From the NCBI RefSeq assembly GCF_032444005.1, contig NC_091288.1, forward strand, positions 40,858,001-40,922,000: a DNA stretch of 64,000 nt, read 5' to 3'. The position numbers were made by a program, and so were the translations under genes. Below the pieces are notes generated by a model. It did not search any database. It was given only the letters and a program-made list of their open reading frames with translations, and was not told where the DNA came from. This stretch comes from Ranitomeya imitator (lineage: Eukaryota). Below, piece by piece: positions 57,697 through 64,000 of this stretch; the first letter of the stretch is position 1; every line of letters begins with the position of its first letter.

Positions 57697-60600
57697 ATGT
57701 CACAAAGGGATCTTGAAGATTACTGCCTTTTATACAACGACCCGACCCACCATGTTGACTTCCTTGACTCGTTTAGGACATTTTATAAAGAAGGTCTATT
57801 CACCGATGTCACCTTGATGAGCTCCTCCGGTAAGATCTTCCAGTGCCATAAAGCTGCTTTGGCCGCGTGTAGCCACTACTTTAAGGTGATGTTTACAGCT
57901 GATATGAAGGAAAAGTCCAACAATCAGATCAAGTTGTCTGGTATTGACCACTCCATCTTGGAAACGTTACTGAACTACACATACACCGCACAGATCAAGA
58001 TCACAACCAAGAATGTCCAATGCCTTCTGCAAGCTGCAGACCAGCTCCACTTCGTCTCGGTCAAAGAAGCTTGCGAACAGTTCCTGGTGCGACATCTGGA
58101 TGTGGACAACTGTTTGGGAATGCATTCTTTTGCTGAATTTCATGTGTGTCCGGCTTTGGAAAAGGAATCTAGAAGAATCATTGTTTCCAGGTTTCAAGAA
58201 GTTTGGACTCAAGATGAGTTTGTGGACATTGGTTTTGAGAAGCTGCTCTACGTCTTCTCCCAGAAGAACCTCAACGTGTGGACAATTGAGGCTCTTCTCC
58301 AACCTCTGATCAGATGGATTGCACACGATTCCAGGACTCGGCTTCAACGTGTTTATGAACTACTGAAGTGTATTAAAGTTGATGTAGATGAAAATTATCT
58401 CAGGACCTCTTTGGAGCTGCACAAGAAGCACTTACTCAACGAAAATAAGATCCAGTCTTTGCTCTACTATGCTTTAAGGACCAAATCACAAGACATGCCC
58501 AAAAGATCAACGGCTAATATGTTTGTAGTTGGTGGCTACTACTGGCATCCCTTATCCGAAGTGCACATCTGGGATCCTGAAAGCAACAACTGGATCCAGG
58601 GAGCAGACATGCCTGATCACACCAGAGAGAGCTACAGTGCTACCAGTCTCGGACCCCACATCTATATCACTGGTGGATACAGGACAGATAACATCGAGGC
58701 ACTGAACACCATGTGGATTTATAATACCGAGAGCGATGAATGGACGGAGGGATGTCCTATGCTCCACGCAAGGTACTACCACTGCTCCGTCACCCTGGGT
58801 GGTTGCGTTTATGCTTTAGGTGGCTACAGAAAAGGTGCTCCTGCCCAAGAAGCGGAATTTTATGATCCATTAAAAAAGGCTTGGTTTTCCATTGCAAACA
58901 TGATTAAAGGTAAGTTCATGTGCACACAGTATTGTAGAGCATTCAGAACAAAAAAAACATCCATCTTGATGATATTTCATCTGTGTGTTGTGTGCAGTGT
59001 CAGACTGGAGTGCCAAGGGCCCACCAGTAACCAACTTCAGGGCCCCACTTTTCAACTACATGTAAATGTGACATTCACAAATCTATATAACAATGAACTG
59101 GGTAGATTGATAAATGAATAAGATGCCGCCTTTATCTGTACATAGTGATTGAAATATATTGTGCCAAGTACTGCTCATATAAGTGGTGGCCCACCAGAGG
59201 ATTCTCCTGTTCTCCTGTGGGCCAGTCCAAGCATGATTATGTGTGTACCCATTTTTTTTTTAATCCTGGGTAAGAGAGGGCACCAGTCTATGTAAAGGGA
59301 TCAACCAAATAAAAATAAAGAACAGACGGATGCAAAAAAGGATCATGTAAAATAATGAATGATTCGCACTAAGCACTTTGTTATTTTGATTACCTTCACC
59401 AACTTTTTGCTATTGGTCTCCTACAGTATGTGATTGTATAATAGGGTAGAATTAAACGTTGAACAAAGTCCAGCTCACCATGATCGACATCCTTGGAGAC
59501 TCGGAGCACGGAACCGCTGTGTCAGGGTGTAGGAAATCAAAGAAGAAATGAGGAATCCAGCTCAACGAGGTAGTGAAAAAAACTTCTTTCTTTATTCACT
59601 TGAAAATATATTCAGTGGAGGATAAAAACATCAGCAGTTACAAAAGATAAAAAGCGAAAGAAGTTTTTTTCACTACCTCGTTGAGCTGGATTCCTCATTT
59701 CTTCTAGAATTAAACGTTACCATGGGTTTATGTGATAATAGACATTCGGCTTTTTGAGCGTTTTTAATGTTTTTTCTTTCATGCACAATAAATATTAATT
59801 ATCTTAGGTAATCCCTTTTTGCATACTTCTTTTCTTTATTTTCATGCATTTTTTTTAATAATCCGTGTGACATTCATTTTTTAAGTTAAAAAAAGCCAAA
59901 TTCAGTTTACTGTGTCACTTCTACACTGGATTTACGTAACACAGATGCCACGTAGATAAAGTCTTTTATTGACTCATATTAGCCGCAGTATACTTTTATT
60001 ACGCCATCTTTTCCAGCTTTGGTTATGCTAACACACCACTGTGACTGTCAAACTGGTCGTGTTAATGGTTAATAAGGTTAGGTTCACACCACATTTGGAC
60101 AATACTGTTGAAATATTTAAAAAAGAAATGAATGCAATCACTCAAGGGGTTGTTCACCATACAGACAACCCTTTCTCAATTACTATATTCCCCGACATAA
60201 AATAAAAACAGCCTGTGCTGGCGCCGGTCCAGAGATGTCGGCGCTGGGTCTCCCGTGACATTGTAAAGACATGTAACTGACATCCTGAACAAGCCAGAAA
60301 GCAGCAGCAGTTCTCACGTCTTCTGGATGTCAGTTTCGTCCAAAGGAAGTGAGAGTGAAGCGGACCATTAGTGGCCTCTGATTGGCTACAGGGCTCATGT
60401 GACATTACGTCACGCAAACCACGGACAACCCAACGCCGACACTGCTGTAAAGGCGCTGGCATTGGAGAGGAGTACAGGCTGTTTTTAATTTACATTGAGA
60501 AATATAGTAATTGAGAAAGGGTTGTCAGAGTAGTGGACATCCCCTTTAAAGTATACGTGTCACCGCAGGTGATTTTTTTTCAGACTATGGCATCATACAG

Positions 60601-62948
60601 AGCACACACAGACAAAAGGGATTCCTGCTCTCCTGTTTCTATGTAGCACGTGTTCAAAAGCAGCAGCACCATGGAGGACATTATTCATCAGTACTGAGCA
60701 GTGTAGCTGTGAATTCTGCAATGAAGCGAGCTACATCACTTTCAAGAAGCTTGAATAGATCTATCAGTCTTTCTTTTTGGCTATTCTTTGACAGACGTTA
60801 AAGGGAATCTGTCCCCCTCCATTAGGTATATGACCTATTAACATGGGCATACAGGTGATAGAAATGTTACACTAGTCCTACCTGTAGGCTTTATATTAAT
60901 CCTCTTGTTGCTAAGAAATGTTATATTCTTTGCTAATGATTTCTTCCAGGCTCTGGAGTGTGCGGTGTCTGTAAGAAATCACTGCCTCCTGTACTAATTG
61001 TAATACTACCCCCCTCCCATCAGCGTCAGTTATGGCCCTGGAAGCCTGCGCCCTGCACTCCCTCAGAAATATATACCTCATCCTCCCTTCTGTGGGCGCT
61101 GCATTCAGGGATCTTCTGCTCAGACGCCGGCAAATTCTGCTCCAGTGACCTCCGGTGTGCACTCCGATAAGATGCTCGCTGAGCAGTGTAGCTGTGAATC
61201 CTGCAATGAAACATGCTAAATTACATTCAAGAAGCTTGAGTAGATATATCAGTCTCTTTTTGCCTGTGCTTACACTGTGTTCTCTCCCAGACTTTAATAC
61301 ACAGTTACAATTTAATCCCCTAGTGAACGGGGAGATCCTCCTATTATTTTCTTTGCCAAAAAAACAGACTAGCAATTTTTCAATGTAAATAATGAGTTTA
61401 GGAGGGAGGAGAAAAAGTGGCACATAAGTGGAGAAAGAAGCAAACTTCTCTGATAAGATACAGTGCCTTGCGAAAGTATTCAGCCCCCTGGAACTTTTCA
61501 ACCTTTTCCCACAGATCATGCTTCAAACATAAAGATACCAAATGTAAATTTTTGGTGAAGAATCAAGAACAAGTGGAACACAACTGTGAAGTTGAATGAA
61601 ATTTTTTACTTATTTTAAATTTTTGTGGAAATTAAAAAACTGAAAAGTGGGGAGTGCAATATTACAGTATTCGGCCTCTTTACCATAATACTTTGTTGCT
61701 CCACCTTTTGCTGCGATTACAGCTGCAGTCACTTGGGGTATGTCTCTATCAGTTTTGTACATCGAGAGACTGAAATTCTTGCCCATTCTTCCTTGGCAAT
61801 CAGCTCGAGCTCAGTGAGGTTTGATGGAGATCGTTTGTGATCAGCAGTTTTCAGCTCTTTCTACAGATTCTCGATTGGATTGAGGTCTGGACTCTGACTT
61901 GGCCATTCTAACACCTGGATACATTTATTTGTGAAGCATTCCATTGTAGATTTTGCTTTATGTTTGGGATCATTTTCTTGTTGGAAGACAAATCTCCGTC
62001 CCAGTCTCAGGTCTTTTGCCGACTCCAACAGGTTTTCTTCAAGAATGGTCCTGTATTTGTCTCCATCCATCTTCCCATCAATTTTATCCATCTTCCCTGT
62101 CCCTGCTGAAGAAAAGCAGGCCCAAACCATGATGCTGCCACCACGTTTGCCAGTGGGGATGGTGTTTTCAGGGTGATGAGCTGTGTTGCCTTTACGCCAA
62201 GCATATCGTCTGGCATTGTTGCCAAAAAGTTCGATTTTTGATTCATATGACCAGCGTAACGTCTTCCACATGTTTGGTGTGTCTCCCATTAAATTTCGTT
62301 CAACTTCACAATTGTGTTCCACTTGTCAATTCTTCACCAAAAATTTACATTTGGTATCTTTATGTTTGAAGCATGATATGTGGGAAAAGGTTGAAAAGTT
62401 CCAGGGGGCTGAATACTTTCGCAAGGCACTGTATATTACAAATGTTCCTATATTCCTTTTTTTTTATTGATTTTTGCAAAGTTTAATGAAAAAACAGTAA
62501 CTATTTAACAGCCTGTTATATGCAATGAGGCTGACAGATGGAAGCGCAATCACTTCATTGTTAATATTTGACTGTAATGAGCCACTAATACAAAACAAAA
62601 TGCATGAAACCTGTGTGACAAGGTATTGGTAAAGAGGTACAATTTTTCTTTTGCATAATTTGTTTCTAAACGGTTGCAGATTATTATATTTTATCTTTTT
62701 TTTTAATCCAGATTTTTCATTGAAACACACATACTCTTCCGTGCAGATTTATTTATTATGATACGTGTTCATATTTGACGTGATCCCTGTGATAGGTGTT
62801 GGGAACGCTACCGCCTGTGTGCTGCGCGAGGTGATCTACGTCAGCGGAGGGCATTATGGATACAGAGGAAGTTGTACTTACGATAAAATTCAGAGCTTCC
62901 ACTCTGATATAAATGAATGGAGCATCTTATCAGTCTGTCCACATCCAG
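57697..62948 (+). CDS. KLHL23: Kelch-like protein 23; coding exons 57697-58909 and 62796-62948; the last exon is beyond the window
   Basis: BTB (FTDVTL...CHKAALAACSHYFKVMFTADMKE), BACK and Kelch repeats (GGYYWHPLSEVHIWDP, GGYRTDNIEAL, GGYRKGAPA, GVGNATACVL, GYRGSCTYDK). Acceptor at 57694/57695, donors at 58909 and 62948, phases consistent. Confidence 0.96.
59541..59705. repeat. Short inverted repeat, probably a Penelope-like terminal fragment
   Basis: Arms AGAAGAAATGAGGAATCCAGCTCAACGAGGTAGTGAAAAAAACTTCTTT and its reverse complement; no ribozyme core is seen. Confidence 0.45.
61461..62431 (-). mobile_element. Internally deleted Tc1 element with a transposase catalytic-domain remnant on the minus strand
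   Basis: TA flanks; TIRs CAGTGCCTTGCGAAAGTATTCAGCCCCCTGG at both ends; remnant ESKIELFG...GGSIMVWACF...FQQENDPKH...SPDLNPIENL. Confidence 0.88.
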
Positions 62949-64000
62949 GTAAAGATTACATTTTACTCCTGGGGATATGTCATAATAAATAATACTGCAG
63001 TATTTACTTGCACAAAGACATGCAAACCCCCCAAAAACCCACCGATGTAAATGAATCCTTGCATGACCAGTAGTTGGTGGGGTTGGTATGGGAAACAAAA
63101 AAAGATTAACAAAGTGCATCCAATCCTATCTCTGCCAGAAAATCCATTTTAAAGCGGAGTGGTCACTAAATTTCAGGATACAAACTGCATACTTTATTCA
63201 GATCTGTCACACCTGATGAGGCCAGTGTACTTACTTTGAAAACATATGTGAAAGTGGCTGTATAATTATCGAATTGAGACAATGCCATTTTCTTATAAGG
63301 CAGGGAAACTGTCACTAATACAGCCAGTCTGACGTGGATTGTCAATGCCTATGACAGAAGCCAAAGTCAAATATGAGACTGGATCGGTTTTGTGCATTCA
63401 CATGGGGGACTTTTTGACCCCCGTTTTTGCAATGTGTAGGTGTTAAGTGGCTGACTTTCTAGCAATCACAATTTTATCACCTATTCTGCGATATCTCAGG
63501 TTTTCAAAAAATATTATATAGCTCTACAGCCGCAGGTAGGATAGAAAAATACGAAACTGATTATAAAAAGGGATCAACCTCTACGTACCAATAGTAGACC
63601 ACAAAAATGAAGAAAAAGGGGTACGTATAAGTTCGCTCATCACTAGTATGTATTAAATAGTGATTACCTTGAACTATTTCATATTTGACAAAAATAAAAA
63701 AACTTAAATGTTTTTCTAACCTTTTGTTTTTGCTTAAAAAAAGAGAAAAAAAAGAGAAATACTTCACAATTGTAATCTGGGTATTTGATGGAGTTGTCCA
63801 GTGAAAATAAGTTATTCCCTATTCAATGGATCTATGGGATCTGATCACTGGGATCCGCTATCGGAAGAACAGGGAACTTTTATTTCCATTAAAATGGAGC
63901 TACGGTGTTCATCCTCGACTATGGCGCCATTCACCCTCTATGGGGCTGCTGAGTCCTGCACTCGCCATTTTCCGGCGGCTTCATAGAGAATGAATGGAGG

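Noticed and set aside
58910-59121. C-terminal part of the 493-aa ORF as KLHL23 sequence
   Set aside because: Read-through into the intron after the AAG/GTAAGT donor at 58909; Kelch homology resumes at 62796. The upstream TTG start at 57640 is also intronic.
63213-63250. CTGATGA...GAAAACATATGTG hammerhead-like string
   Set aside because: Stem II does not pair convincingly, there is an extra A after GAAA, and there is no NUH triplet with a stem I partner.

Overview
Vertebrate genomic DNA, almost certainly a frog (inferred from the transposon repertoire), with conserved gene order PPIG(+) > < CFAP210/CCDC173(-) < > PHOSPHO2(+) > KLHL23(+). The ~18.5 kb between the convergent 3' ends of PPIG and CFAP210 is mostly filled by three diverged DIRS1-type tyrosine-recombinase retrotransposons. 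DIRS-A (8399-14700, +) is nearly intact. DIRS-B (18976-24764, +) is decayed and sits precisely inside the gag of DIRS-C (26887-15629, -), which also carries several MITEs and a Penelope-like palindrome containing a hammerhead ribozyme core. Comparing the three DIRS copies by eye shows shared non-coding features I cannot assign to a known description: an invariant A-TGA-CTC gag stop with pol in the +1 frame and the recombinase ORF in the same frame as gag (candidate recoding site), a covarying hairpin module in the 5' leader, a conserved splice-donor consensus before gag, and short conserved boxes next to the ICR and right ITR. Elsewhere: a Helitron-like element with a 2.4 kb minisatellite, a bidirectional promoter with two RFX X-boxes, a SINE whose Pol III A-box is tandemly amplified about 30 times, and a full-length Passport-like Tc1 with one catalytic residue mutated. 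Family assignments come from motifs and remembered homology; no database search or folding program was run.
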